Shown here one piece after another: positions 10,849 through 20,574 of a stretch of DNA of 64,000 nucleotides. The stretch comes from a virus, in the IMG/VR virus record IMGVR_UViG_3300005739_000002, positions 34,019 to 98,018 of that record; one strand, given 5' to 3'. A program made the position numbers and the translations under genes. Within the stretch, counting starts at the first letter, position 1. Every line of letters starts with the position of its first letter. The notes under the pieces were generated by a model. The model was given only the letters and a program-made list of their open reading frames with translations. It made no database searches and was not told where the DNA came from.

Positions 10849-11127
10849 ATGCTGGAGCTGTTATTGGTCGGATGCTTTACAGGGTTCTTCCTGGCTACAG
10901 TTCGTAACCTGGTAGACATCCTAAGTATCTTCATGCCTACTTCCGTAATTAATGCTGTACTTTCAATTATATTCTCTTCTATCGGTGTCTTTTTAATAGA
11001 TATCACAGCTGTCCGACAGTTTGTCATATGGACAGTAGCTGGAGCTTTCTTGGGCGCAGCCCTCCTAGCCATCGTAGAAAGAGTGTCTGTTTATAAACCT
11101 GCAGTAATTAACACGGCTAGAGATTAG
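10849..11127 (+). CDS. small multi-TM membrane protein
   Basis: three hydrophobic segments; leaderless TAGACT-N6-ATG. Confidence 0.6.
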   Translation: MLELLLVGCFTGFFLATVRNLVDILSIFMPTSVINAVLSIIFSSIGVFLIDITAVRQFVIWTVAGAFLGAALLAIVERVSVYKPAVINTARD

Positions 11128-11158
11128 TGATAGGGTACTAGGGACCAAAGGAGGTCCT

Positions 11159-11818
11159 ATGAGTAAGTACTACGTTCTGGTAGCGGGCAAAGGCTCTACC
11201 AGCAGACAAAACGTTGAAGCCCTGATGGAAGACCATTACTATGCCAAGGGCGCTGATGGCACATTGATTATGCCTATAGAAAAGCAGGCAACCCCGTCGC
11301 AAGTATTTGTTGCACAGTTTGCTAAAGATAAAAATAAAGACATTGTCATTGTTGCTAAAGAAGATGTGGATTTAAGTAACATGCCAGCGGCCTCTGTAGT
11401 ACATGACGCAGACCCATTTAAAAAAGCCGTAGAGATAATCGCAGGAACAGACGTATCCGCTTTCTTACTGTGGGATGATGGTGATGAATCTCTGCTATCA
11501 ACCCTATCTTCTTGTAAAACCGCAGGTATAAAGTGCTACGACCTAACTAACGGACTATCTGAAATTACCCCATCAACAACAATCCAGGAGCCACAACCAA
11601 CCCTGTTTCCAGAGGCTGAGATGGTCTCAGAAAGTGAGGAGGACGATGAGGAAGAAGAAGACCTCGAAGAGGGTGAAGACGAAGAAGAGTACGAAGACGA
11701 CGAAGAAGAAGCCGAAGACGTGGAAGATATCTACGCGGGGGTCGAAGCGATAGCCCGTGTTTTTGCCAAGGTCCTTATTGAGGAATGGAAGAAGGCCCAG
11801 GATGAGGCTAAGTCCTAA
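11159..11818 (+). CDS. hypothetical protein with acidic C-terminal tract
   Basis: SD GGAGG; long D/E tract. Confidence 0.6.
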   Translation: MSKYYVLVAGKGSTSRQNVEALMEDHYYAKGADGTLIMPIEKQATPSQVFVAQFAKDKNKDIVIVAKEDVDLSNMPAASVVHDADPFKKAVEIIAGTDVSAFLLWDDGDESLLSTLSSCKTAGIKCYDLTNGLSEITPSTTIQEPQPTLFPEAEMVSESEEDDEEEEDLEEGEDEEEYEDDEEEAEDVEDIYAGVEAIARVFAKVLIEEWKKAQDEAKS

Positions 11819-12752
11819 AGCCCTAGGTGTACTCCTAGAGGTGTCTGTATACGGGGCTCCAAGGGGCGTTAAAGGCCTTTGTGAGGCCTTTGGCGTGGGC
11901 CGTGACCAGATTAACTCTGCCCTAGCCGAACTAGCCTCTATGAGGCTTATAGCCCTTTCTAATGGCAAGACCTCTAAAGGTACATATTGGCATAAAATAG
12001 AACTAACAACAGAGGGTAAGGTTTACTCTCATGACTGGTTAACAGGTAACAGACCGTTGCGGGTTTTCCCAATCGGTGAAACCCCAACCTCCATATCACT
12101 GAATAGCAGTATGGCTGATACCTATAAAGCAGATATTCCATATAGCCAAGAGCAGTATGGTTTATACGCTAATTCAGTTAACCAAGGCGTGAAAACGAGT
12201 TTTCACGCACTGGAAAAGAAAAAAACGAAAGGAAAAAATATGGGCTTAGGCGAACTACCACTAGACCCCGACGATTTAGAAGCCGAATTAGAGAAGGACG
12301 CTAAACGTAAAGCCGAGGAGCGCAACGAGCAGTCCAGGGACTATTACAAGAAACGACAAATTGCTAGGTCTAAGAAGACTCCAGACCGCTGGACTCCTAC
12401 AGATATGGTTAATTATTTTGCTGAAAGATGTAAAACCATATGGCAGGTGGAGCAGGTCGCTCTTACTCAGCGCCCTAGGTTAGTGAAGGCTATGTATCAG
12501 TTCCGTGTAGACAACAACACTAACGGTGAAATTGATAAGCGTTTACTAGATATGTTTATTTCTAGTTACAGGTTTGAGCATAGAAAGCTATATAACCCTG
12601 AACAATTGTTTTGGACTTTCTTAAACTATGCGCCCTCTAAAATCGACGAGGTACGACGTGCTATGAAACCTGAGGACTTGGATGTAGTATCAGCAGCAAG
12701 AGAAAAGGCACGGGCAGAGCGCGAAGAGTATTTAAGGAGCATTGGAAGATAA
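11802..12752 (+). CDS. winged-HTH protein, probable replication initiator
   Basis: LSPKALGV..GVGRDQINSALAEL HTH; immediately precedes DnaC-like loader; start placed at ATG 11802. Confidence 0.6.
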   Translation: MRLSPKALGVLLEVSVYGAPRGVKGLCEAFGVGRDQINSALAELASMRLIALSNGKTSKGTYWHKIELTTEGKVYSHDWLTGNRPLRVFPIGETPTSISLNSSMADTYKADIPYSQEQYGLYANSVNQGVKTSFHALEKKKTKGKNMGLGELPLDPDDLEAELEKDAKRKAEERNEQSRDYYKKRQIARSKKTPDRWTPTDMVNYFAERCKTIWQVEQVALTQRPRLVKAMYQFRVDNNTNGEIDKRLLDMFISSYRFEHRKLYNPEQLFWTFLNYAPSKIDEVRRAMKPEDLDVVSAAREKARAEREEYLRSIGR

Positions 12753-13438
12753 TGTACGTATTAGAAAAACAAAAGATAAGACGCCGTGCATGGATACAGG
12801 CTGCTGGGATACCTAAATCTAAACTTGGTTGGACCTTAGACGATTGCACAGACTCAGACCCAGCAGACATAGACGAGATTCGTGGTTGGTTGAGTATCTT
12901 TGACGACGGTTCTATTGTTAGGGCATCAGGTAACCGTTATTGCGGCAGGGGTCTTTTATTAGCAGGCCTACCTGGTCGCGGAAAGTCGACAGTTGCAGCA
13001 GCAACTATCCAGAGTATCATGCTTAATTCTTCTTTACAGGCTTTTGATGTATCTGATGAGTCTGTGTTAATCAGGCCTTGTTATTTCATTACCTTTAACG
13101 ATGTATTAGCACTTCAAGGTCGCATGATGGATAGCCCGACAGACTGGGAGGAGGTGCTCTACCATGGGATTCTGGGCGACGCTCATGACCCTTATAACAT
13201 CAGAGTCTTGGTGATTGATGATGTAGGTAAGGAGCACGCTAGCCTCAGTGGATGGCAGAAGAACGTTCTCCACCATGTATTGCGTACGCGATACAACCAG
13301 GGTCTGCCAACCATCGTGACCACTAACGTTATGCTTGAGGACTGGAATAGTCTTTATGGTGACGCTACCGAAAGTTTTGCTAAGGAAGCGTTTACATATC
13401 TACCAATGGTTACGAGTAAAGGAGACTTACGAGAATGA
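12752..13438 (+). CDS. DnaC/IstB-like AAA+ helicase loader
   Basis: Walker A GLPGRGKS, Walker B LVIDDVGKE, R..PTIVTTN. Confidence 0.85.
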   Translation: MYVLEKQKIRRRAWIQAAGIPKSKLGWTLDDCTDSDPADIDEIRGWLSIFDDGSIVRASGNRYCGRGLLLAGLPGRGKSTVAAATIQSIMLNSSLQAFDVSDESVLIRPCYFITFNDVLALQGRMMDSPTDWEEVLYHGILGDAHDPYNIRVLVIDDVGKEHASLSGWQKNVLHHVLRTRYNQGLPTIVTTNVMLEDWNSLYGDATESFAKEAFTYLPMVTSKGDLRE

Positions 13439-13743
13439 GTAAGGTGATGGATACAAAACTAGTGCAAGTGTTTCTAAGTCAGACACAGTCGCCTGGGCCT
13501 GGAATCTACGAAGTGTCCTGCGATGAGAGCAACAAGTTGTACTGCACCTGCCCAGGTTACAGAGGCCGTAACACTTGTAAACATATTAAGTTTGTCAGCG
13601 CTCGCATTAAAGCAAATGGCGGAGACACCTATCCTCTAGAATTTTCTAGCAGAGCGTCAGCAGAAGACGTGGCTGTAGCTAAGACATCAAAGGAAGCCTT
13701 CAGAGACTTTGTAATAAAGTTTGGCAAGATTGAAGTCTTTTAG
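13435..13743 (+). CDS. SWIM zinc-finger protein
   Basis: CTCPG..CKHI. Confidence 0.75.
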   Translation: MSKVMDTKLVQVFLSQTQSPGPGIYEVSCDESNKLYCTCPGYRGRNTCKHIKFVSARIKANGGDTYPLEFSSRASAEDVAVAKTSKEAFRDFVIKFGKIEVF

Positions 13744-14153
13744 TGCGAAAAGGGGACATCAGTAACGAACTCCCCAAACGGATACTAGTTACCACAGACA
13801 TTATTATGGATGTGGAGATTAATATAAAGAAAAAGTTATTAATCATTCCCACCGTAAAAATACAAAAGAAGTTTAGACGGGACGCTTTGTCCTATCTATA
13901 CATATTTACAACCAGGGCTGGTTTTACCCTGGAACTCATCTCCTTTGATTTAGGGGATGCGGACTTACAAGAAGTTATGGATATGCTTGACAACATGGGC
14001 ACCAACCCATTTAGATACTACACGGCGTACGAATCGGACAACCACTTGCTCAGCGAACTTCCCTATAGACCTGAAGTAGTTGGCGTAGTTGATGTAGACT
14101 CCCGCCTCCTACGATACGGACATTGGGGAAGGACATTCGCTGATTTACAATGA
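13743..14153 (+). CDS. hypothetical protein
   Basis: ORF coupled to neighbours in the replication operon. Confidence 0.6.
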   Translation: MRKGDISNELPKRILVTTDIIMDVEINIKKKLLIIPTVKIQKKFRRDALSYLYIFTTRAGFTLELISFDLGDADLQEVMDMLDNMGTNPFRYYTAYESDNHLLSELPYRPEVVGVVDVDSRLLRYGHWGRTFADLQ

Positions 14154-15376
14154 ACAATGAATATAAATTATTAAGCAAGATATTAGAAGAGCGTAACCTT
14201 CCGTATTTATACGAACTAGGCATTAAGGATGCTTGGTTTATTGATAAAGATGTAAAACGTGTATGGATATTTGTTCGTGAACATTTTACAAAGTATGCAG
14301 AGTGCCCAAGCCTAGAGGTTATTGCTGAGAATTTTCCTACATGGAAACAGTATCCAACAGACGACAACATTGAGTATTTAGTAGACACGGTTATAGCTCA
14401 CCGTAGAGCTGGCTCTGTAATAAAGATGCTAGAAGCAGCGGCTACTGCTTTAGATAAAAACCGTGACCATGAAGAAGCGTTGCGTATATTCCAGGCTGGA
14501 ATTATTACTCTTGAAGAGGACGGCCTTAGTAAAACCAGCGACTTAAACCTAGTAGAAGACCCTAAGAGACGATGGGAAGAATACCTGTGGCGTAAGAACA
14601 ACCCAGGTCTACTTGGCGTTGGTACTGGGTTTCCTAGCGTTGACAAAGTTACAGGCGGTCTACAACCAGGTCAGTTGATAGTTATTGTTGCTCCACCAAA
14701 GACTGGTAAATCCACTCTTGCCTTGCAGTTTGCACAGAACGTACATCTGCAAGATAAGTCGGTTATGTTCCAATCCTTTGAGATGAGTAACCACGAGCAA
14801 CAGACTCGTTATGATGCCATGCGTGCTCGCATATCTCACACAAGACTTATTAACGGTGCGCTAGAACCTGAAGAAGAAGCGCGTTATAAAGCTAAATTAG
14901 ATGCGATGGAAAACATGCGTAAGCCTTTCCATCTTGTCGATTCCGCTAATGGCTCTACCGTGTCAGGTATTGGTGGAAAAATACAAACGCTTCATCCAGA
15001 CGTAGTATTTATTGACGGTGTTTATCTTATGATTGACGAGCAGACTGGAGAGGCAAATACTCCACAGGCTCTTACTAATATTACCCGTTCTCTAAAGCGC
15101 ATGGCACAGAAGTTTAAAGTGCCCATCGTTATTACTACCCAGGTTCTTAACTGGAAGATGCGTAAGGGTCAAGTAACTGCTGACTCTATTGGTTATTCCT
15201 CATCATTCGTACAAGACGCGGATGTTGTGTTTGGTCTACAGCGTGAGGATGAAAACGTAGATGACACACGTGTTCTTAAAGTTCTTGAGAGCCGTAACTC
15301 TGGACGTATGGAGATATCACTTATCTGGGCCTGGGATACAGGTACGTTTAGGGAGATTGATATCAATGACCTCTAA
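14150..15376 (+). CDS. dnaB: DnaB-like replicative helicase
   Basis: GLQPGQLIVIVAPPKTGKS, SFEMS, IDGVYLM, QDADVV. Confidence 0.9.
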   Translation: MNNEYKLLSKILEERNLPYLYELGIKDAWFIDKDVKRVWIFVREHFTKYAECPSLEVIAENFPTWKQYPTDDNIEYLVDTVIAHRRAGSVIKMLEAAATALDKNRDHEEALRIFQAGIITLEEDGLSKTSDLNLVEDPKRRWEEYLWRKNNPGLLGVGTGFPSVDKVTGGLQPGQLIVIVAPPKTGKSTLALQFAQNVHLQDKSVMFQSFEMSNHEQQTRYDAMRARISHTRLINGALEPEEEARYKAKLDAMENMRKPFHLVDSANGSTVSGIGGKIQTLHPDVVFIDGVYLMIDEQTGEANTPQALTNITRSLKRMAQKFKVPIVITTQVLNWKMRKGQVTADSIGYSSSFVQDADVVFGLQREDENVDDTRVLKVLESRNSGRMEISLIWAWDTGTFREIDINDL

Positions 15377-16277
15377 TATAGAAGACACGCTAGAAACGCT
15401 AGGTCTTAAGGTAGTGTCTATTCGCGGTAACGAGATACAGCTTCACTGCCCTGCTCATAAAGAGCGCACAGGCAAAGAGGATAACAATCCATCTTTTTGG
15501 ATTAATGGAGACAGTGGGTTATTTATTTGTTTTTCCTGTGATTGGAAAGGCGGACTTAAAACTCTAGTCAACTATCTAGGTGGCGGTGCTGTAACCATAG
15601 AAGACGTAGACAACACTGTGTCTAGATTGACTGCCAGAATACGCCAGCTTGTACAGGGCGGAAAGCCTGAGAAAGAAGAGATGGTTCCTATACATGAGTC
15701 TATGCTCTTTGCTTTTAAGTCTGTTCCTGATGACGTATGCATCAGTAGGGGTCTGTTACCAAAAGTGGCTGAACAATATGGGCTTAAATGGAATTCTTTA
15801 CAGGGTAATTGGATTATTCCTATTAGAGACCCGATGACTAATAAACTTCTTGGGTGGCAAGAGAAGGGCCACAAGAGTAGGTTTTTTAGAAACACTACTG
15901 GTGTAAAGAAGAGCGAGGCTTTATTTGGCTATGACCAGTATCGTGGCGGGGACATGATTATTGTAGAGTCTCCGTTAGATGTAGTGCGTCTAGCTTCAGT
16001 GGGTATACCTGGTGGCGTGGCTACATATGGATGTGCGGTATCAGATACGCAGTGGAGTTTAATTCGTGGGGCTACCAGACCAGTCTTTGCTTTAGATAAT
16101 GATGATGCAGGCAAGGCTTGCACCCGTGATATAAAAGACTGGGCTCTTGACATGGGGCTTCCTTGTTGGTTTTTTAATTATGACAACACTGACCAAAAAG
16201 ATGTGGGCGGCATGTCTAAAAAAGAAATAGAGTGGGGTTTGCAATTTGCTAAACATCTAATAGGGTTTCAGCCATGA
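15366..16277 (+). CDS. DNA primase (CHC2 zinc finger + TOPRIM)
   Basis: CPAH..PSF..CFSC; IVESPLD; ALDNDDAG; KDVG; start placed at ATG 15366. Confidence 0.85.
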   Translation: MTSNIEDTLETLGLKVVSIRGNEIQLHCPAHKERTGKEDNNPSFWINGDSGLFICFSCDWKGGLKTLVNYLGGGAVTIEDVDNTVSRLTARIRQLVQGGKPEKEEMVPIHESMLFAFKSVPDDVCISRGLLPKVAEQYGLKWNSLQGNWIIPIRDPMTNKLLGWQEKGHKSRFFRNTTGVKKSEALFGYDQYRGGDMIIVESPLDVVRLASVGIPGGVATYGCAVSDTQWSLIRGATRPVFALDNDDAGKACTRDIKDWALDMGLPCWFFNYDNTDQKDVGGMSKKEIEWGLQFAKHLIGFQP

Positions 16278-16465
16278 GTGGTACCACTAGATGGATGGCC
16301 GCAGGGCCTCTTAGAGATTACCTTGAAAAGGTATCAGCGGATAATAAAGAGAGGGCTAAGTACTGTCACGCATGTGATAAGAAGACTGCTGACCACTGGG
16401 AAAGCGTTAGAGGAACACCAACATTAGTTCGTTCATGTAAGGAGTGCTGCTCATGCCCAAAGTAA
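16274..16465 (+). CDS. small Cys-rich hypothetical protein
   Basis: CHAC..CKEC; overlapping operon arrangement. Confidence 0.5.
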   Translation: MSGTTRWMAAGPLRDYLEKVSADNKERAKYCHACDKKTADHWESVRGTPTLVRSCKECCSCPK

Positions 16466-16995
16466 TTGGTTTATCTGGATATGCACAGGTAGGCAAAGAC
16501 ACCGTAGCTCAAGTGCTAGTACAAAAATATGCGTTTGAGCGCATAGCCTTTGCTGATTCTATTAGAAATTTTCTATACGAGGTTGACCCTATTGTTGGAC
16601 ACGTAGCAACCGAGCCCCTATATCTATCTAGATTAGTAGACAGAGACGGATGGGAAGCAGCTAAGAAAAACCCTGAGGTTCGTCGTATGCTACAACGCAC
16701 AGGAGTGGCTGCTAGAAACCAGTGGCAAAAAGACTTTTGGATTGCCCAAGCATTGAAGAAGATGCTGCCTGCAGGTCCTAGGCAGTACGTTATAACAGAC
16801 GTGCGTTTTCCTAATGAAGCCTCGGCTATTAGATTACTTGGCGGTGAGATATGGCGGGTCACTAGAGGTGATGCAAAGGCCGTCAACTCCCATGTATCAG
16901 AATCTGCCTTAGACAACTTTAAGTTTGATAAGGTTATTGAGAACATAGGAACTATAAACGATTTAGAAAAAATTGTAGATAAATATGTGGGATAA
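16453..16995 (+). CDS. deoxynucleoside monophosphate kinase
   Basis: IGLSGYAQVGKDT, AFAD, R..LQRTG, ITDVRFPNE, HVSE. Confidence 0.9.
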   Translation: MPKVIGLSGYAQVGKDTVAQVLVQKYAFERIAFADSIRNFLYEVDPIVGHVATEPLYLSRLVDRDGWEAAKKNPEVRRMLQRTGVAARNQWQKDFWIAQALKKMLPAGPRQYVITDVRFPNEASAIRLLGGEIWRVTRGDAKAVNSHVSESALDNFKFDKVIENIGTINDLEKIVDKYVG

Positions 16996-17299
16996 CCCAA
17001 GAAGAAGTTATACAGCCCATCACTACCCTAAAGCCTGCGCCCATTGTTGGGTCTGGGTTAAGAGAAACGTCAACTGGGAAACAGAAGAAGGAGAACGCTT
17101 TATAGGCGACTACCTCACCATGGAGTGTGGACACTGTAGGAAGATGGGAAAGATTACTTGCCGTTGGAATGATGCATTGCATTCTCATATACCAGAGGGT
17201 TCTAAACGCGGGTTTTATAATGTTCACAATACGCTCGGGTGCCCACCTCGTGGTGGTAAATCTAAATCCAGTGAGTTAGAGTACGCAGATGACTTTTAA
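16985..17299 (+). CDS. hypothetical protein (Cys pairs)
   Basis: fills gap between kinase and helicase with overlaps at both ends. Confidence 0.5.
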   Translation: MWDNPRRSYTAHHYPKACAHCWVWVKRNVNWETEEGERFIGDYLTMECGHCRKMGKITCRWNDALHSHIPEGSKRGFYNVHNTLGCPPRGGKSKSSELEYADDF

Positions 17300-18878
17300 A
17301 GGCACCCTGCTTCCCTACCAACCAGAAGCCGTTGACAAAATGTGTGAGCGCGGCAAGGTCCTGGTTGCCTATGACTTAGGGTTGGGTAAGACGGTTCTGA
17401 CTATTGCAGCCATAGAAAGATTGATGGATGAGAAAAAAATTAAGGAACCAGGGCTTATAATTTGTCTATCCTCATTGAAATATCAATGGGCTGGACAGAT
17501 TGCGAAATTTACCAATGGAACTTCAAACGCTTTGGTCATTGATGGAACGCCAAAGCAACGAGATAAACAGTACGCCCAAGCGCTCGACTGGCGTAATACA
17601 GGCGTTGATTACATCATTCTTAACTACGAGCAGATTGTTAACGACTGGGATACCGTGTCAAAATTGCCCAGAGGATTCGTTGTCTGTGACGAAGCCACAG
17701 CCATTAAGTCCTTCAAATCCAAGCGGTCAAAAGCAGTAAAGAAGTTAATCAATGCGCCTTTTAGATTTGCACTCACTGGTACACCTATTGAGAATGGTAG
17801 GCCTGAAGAGCTGTATAGCATTATGCAGTTCGTTGACGCCAGCGTACTTGGTAGGTTTGACATCTTTGATGCAGCTTTTATTGTAAGAAATTCTTGGGGT
17901 GCTCCTCAGTACTATCGAAATTTATCAACTCTTCACAATAAGATGAAGGAAGCTTCTGTGCGTAAAGCGCAGAAGGACCCAGATGTTGCCCCTTACTTAC
18001 CTGACACAATTCACAAAGACCCAATCACTGTCGTATTTGATAGGGCTTCTTCAAAGTTATACACACGTATTGCTCAAGACCTGCTTACTGATTTAGACGA
18101 AGCACAAGATTTATTTGGAAGTAACTTCAACATCATGGCGCACTACGGTATGGAGTCTCGTCGAGGCGGTCCTGAGGATGAGATGCGTGGCAAGATTATG
18201 TCTAAGATTGGCGCACTTAAGATGCTTTGTTCACACCCAGACCTATTAAGAACTAGCGCTAAGAAATTTAAACAGATGGGCGGGGAAGGTTCGGCGTACA
18301 TAGCTGAGCTTGTAGACAATGGTGCAGTAGAAGATTGCAAAGACTCTCCTAAATTAGAGTATCTAGTTAGATATGTAAAAGAGTTCTTAGAGCAAAGTGA
18401 TGATAACAAGGTTGTTATATTTGCTACCTATGTTGACATGCTTGATAAGATTACGGATGCTTTAGGGACAGATATCTGCCGTCAATACTCTGGGAGAATG
18501 GATGCTCGTGCTAAAGAATCTAACAAAACTGACTTCAATACTAATCCCGCTGTACGCGTACTGGTTAGTTCTGACGCTGGGGGTTACGGTGTGGACCTTC
18601 CTGCTGCTAATCTTCTTATCAATTACGACCTCCCTTGGTCTTCGGGAAGTGCAACGCAAAGGAATGGCCGTATCCAAAGAGCGTCATCTACATGGCCCTC
18701 AATCGTAATTCAGGATTTAATTATGGCTGGCTCCATAGAGGAAAGGCAGCACGATATGTTGCAACAGAAGTCTTCTGTAGCCAACGCCATCATTGATGGC
18801 AAAGGTATTGAAGATGGTGATAAACTTTCTATGACTGTTGATAGCCTTAGGTCCTATTTGACTAACGGCAATGTTTAA
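17289..18878 (+). CDS. SNF2-family helicase
   Basis: DLGLGKT, DEA, LTGTPIEN, GGYGVDL, QRNGRIQR. Confidence 0.9.
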   Translation: MTFKGTLLPYQPEAVDKMCERGKVLVAYDLGLGKTVLTIAAIERLMDEKKIKEPGLIICLSSLKYQWAGQIAKFTNGTSNALVIDGTPKQRDKQYAQALDWRNTGVDYIILNYEQIVNDWDTVSKLPRGFVVCDEATAIKSFKSKRSKAVKKLINAPFRFALTGTPIENGRPEELYSIMQFVDASVLGRFDIFDAAFIVRNSWGAPQYYRNLSTLHNKMKEASVRKAQKDPDVAPYLPDTIHKDPITVVFDRASSKLYTRIAQDLLTDLDEAQDLFGSNFNIMAHYGMESRRGGPEDEMRGKIMSKIGALKMLCSHPDLLRTSAKKFKQMGGEGSAYIAELVDNGAVEDCKDSPKLEYLVRYVKEFLEQSDDNKVVIFATYVDMLDKITDALGTDICRQYSGRMDARAKESNKTDFNTNPAVRVLVSSDAGGYGVDLPAANLLINYDLPWSSGSATQRNGRIQRASSTWPSIVIQDLIMAGSIEERQHDMLQQKSSVANAIIDGKGIEDGDKLSMTVDSLRSYLTNGNV

Positions 18879-18890
18879 TAAGGTGGGTTT

Positions 18891-19046
18891 ATGGTTGATA
18901 TGCTTTTATGGTTCGTACTTGGGTTAGTAGTAGGTTTAGCTTTAGATTGGGTATTAGTAAAAATTATGTTGCGTTCAGTTAACACAAGGCTCATGGCTCT
19001 GGAGGTTAACCAGCGTAGACAAGACGTAGTTTGTAAATGTAACTAA
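18891..19046 (+). CDS. small membrane protein (51 aa, not in ORF track)
   Basis: MVDMLLWFVLGLVVGLALDWVLV... single TM; translated by hand. Confidence 0.5.
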   Translation: MVDMLLWFVLGLVVGLALDWVLVKIMLRSVNTRLMALEVNQRRQDVVCKCN

Positions 19047-19051
19047 GCAAT

Positions 19052-19124
19052 TGGACCATAGCTCAGTCGGCAGAGCGAGGAGCTGTTAACTCCTAGGTCC
19101 CTGGTTCGAGCCCAGGTGGTCCAG
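19052..19124 (+). tRNA. tRNA-Asn(GTT)
   Basis: acceptor TGGACCA/TGGTCCA, D-arm GCTC..GAGC, anticodon arm AGGAG-CTGTTAA-CTCCT, T-loop TTCGAGC. Confidence 0.95.
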
Positions 19125-19128
19125 CTTC

Positions 19129-19204
19129 GCGGACGTAGCGCAGTTGGTAGCGCGGAACCTTGCCAAGGTTCAGGTCGCGGGTTCGACCCCCGTCGTCCGC
19201 TCCA
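19129..19204 (+). tRNA. tRNA-Gly(GCC)
   Basis: acceptor GCGGACG/CGTCCGC, anticodon arm GAACC-TTGCCAA-GGTTC, encoded CCA. Confidence 0.95.
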
Positions 19205-19205
19205 G

Positions 19206-19276
19206 TGCCCTCTCGTCTAACGGTAGGACATCGCGCTCTGGACGCGAGAGTTGAGGTTCGAATCCTTGGGGGGCAG
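19206..19276 (+). tRNA. tRNA-Gln(CTG)
   Basis: acceptor TGCCCTC/GGGGGCA, anticodon arm TCGCG-CTCTGGA-CGCGA, TTCGAAT loop. Confidence 0.9.
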
Positions 19277-19318
19277 CTTTAGCAGTACATACAGACCTAT
19301 AGTAAATACACTATAAGT

Positions 19319-19468
19319 ATGCCTAACTCACCAAAGACCCCCACACGTACTATCCGTGTGTCAGATAATCTATGGACAGCGGTCCAGAAGAAAGCTGCAG
19401 CTGAGAAGGTTACGGTAACCAGCGTTATCATCCGTGCTCTTCAAAACTATATTAAAGAAGATAAATAA
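19319..19468 (+). CDS. ribbon-helix-helix DNA-binding protein (49 aa, not in ORF track)
   Basis: MPNSPKTPTRTIRVSDNLWTAVQKKAAAEKVTVTSVIIRALQNY; leaderless TACACT-N6-ATG. Confidence 0.75.
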   Translation: MPNSPKTPTRTIRVSDNLWTAVQKKAAAEKVTVTSVIIRALQNYIKEDK

Positions 19469-19627
19469 ATGGGGAAACACCACGATAAGGTAGCTGCTGC
19501 ATTGGAATGGCGTATTAAAACTATGCCTAAGGGTTCTGGATTTAAGAAGCCTGGGTCTATGAACCCACGCAAGACTGGCTACCGCAGCATCAATGCGGCT
19601 GAGGCTAGAAAAGCAATTAGCAAATAG
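19469..19627 (+). CDS. small basic hypothetical protein (52 aa)
   Basis: MGKHHDKVAAALEWRIK..KKPGSMNPRK; abuts RHH stop codon. Confidence 0.55.
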   Translation: MGKHHDKVAAALEWRIKTMPKGSGFKKPGSMNPRKTGYRSINAAEARKAISK

Positions 19628-19629
19628 AC

Positions 19630-19658
19630 TTGACACCGTCTTAGTCATCCATTAGGTT
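19630..19658 (+). promoter_or_regulatory. sigma70/SigA-type promoter
   Basis: TTGACA-N17-TAGGTT upstream of the 19688 operon. Confidence 0.75.
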
Positions 19659-19687
19659 CTGCCTAACAGCTAAACGTTAGGAAACTT

Positions 19688-20080
19688 ATGGACATTAATG
19701 CAATCAAAGAAGATGTACGCCAATTTAAGGCACTCAAAGATAATGTAGACCTGTTAGTAAAACGTCAGACTGATATTAAAAAAAGACTGACAGATAACAT
19801 TGACCAGTTTGGTTCAGAAGACGAAAAAGGTCACATCGTTCTTGCATTAGATGACGAAGATAAAATCATGAAGCAAAAGCGTGTAACTAAAAACCTTGAC
19901 ATTTCTGCAGCAGAAATTATCCTTACTAAAAAGGGTATTAGAGAGACCTGCATTAAGATGGTTCCAACATTAGATGAGGCAGCGATTATGGCTGCGTTTT
20001 ATAACGGTCATCTATCTGAAGAAGATATTGATACCATGTTTCCAGCAAAGGTGACGTACGCGTTTATTGTAGGAAAGTAA
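19688..20080 (+). CDS. hypothetical protein (coiled-coil N-terminus)
   Basis: ORF downstream of strong promoter. Confidence 0.6.
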   Translation: MDINAIKEDVRQFKALKDNVDLLVKRQTDIKKRLTDNIDQFGSEDEKGHIVLALDDEDKIMKQKRVTKNLDISAAEIILTKKGIRETCIKMVPTLDEAAIMAAFYNGHLSEEDIDTMFPAKVTYAFIVGK

Positions 20081-20081
20081 T

Positions 20082-20549
20082 ATGTCAGATGAAATTGACG
20101 CAATGTTTGCGGACCTTGATACCTACTATCCAGGCAGTAAAAAGAAGCGTCGTGAAACAAAACCTAAAACTAAACGAGTAACTAAAGATGGTTCGGACTG
20201 GACTACCACTGCGGTGTTTAGAAAACTACCATCGGGAGAACTACACGAGTTTTATCAGGTAGGTGCGTTGGCACAGGCCTTGGGCAGACCCCTTGTAACA
20301 ATTCGTTACTGGATTAAAGAAGGGTATCTACCTCAGGCGCCATATCGCTTGGCTGATAAAGAAACAAAAAATGGCGAGAAGCAACGAGGCCGCAGGTTAT
20401 ACTCGCGGGCTCAGATTGAAAAGGCTGTAGAATTGTTTGGAAAGGCTGGTATTCTTGATAAAGATAGGATACACTGGCCTAACCAGCAATTGACTAACGC
20501 AATCGCTGAGGCTTGGGACTCAATAAAGAGTGCCGAGCTTAACTTATGA
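20082..20549 (+). CDS. MerR-like HTH DNA-binding protein
   Basis: YQVGALAQALGRPLVTIRYWIKEGYLP..GRRLYS. Confidence 0.75.
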   Translation: MSDEIDAMFADLDTYYPGSKKKRRETKPKTKRVTKDGSDWTTTAVFRKLPSGELHEFYQVGALAQALGRPLVTIRYWIKEGYLPQAPYRLADKETKNGEKQRGRRLYSRAQIEKAVELFGKAGILDKDRIHWPNQQLTNAIAEAWDSIKSAELNL

Positions 20550-20574
20550 AACAACTGAAACAAGGAGAAAATAA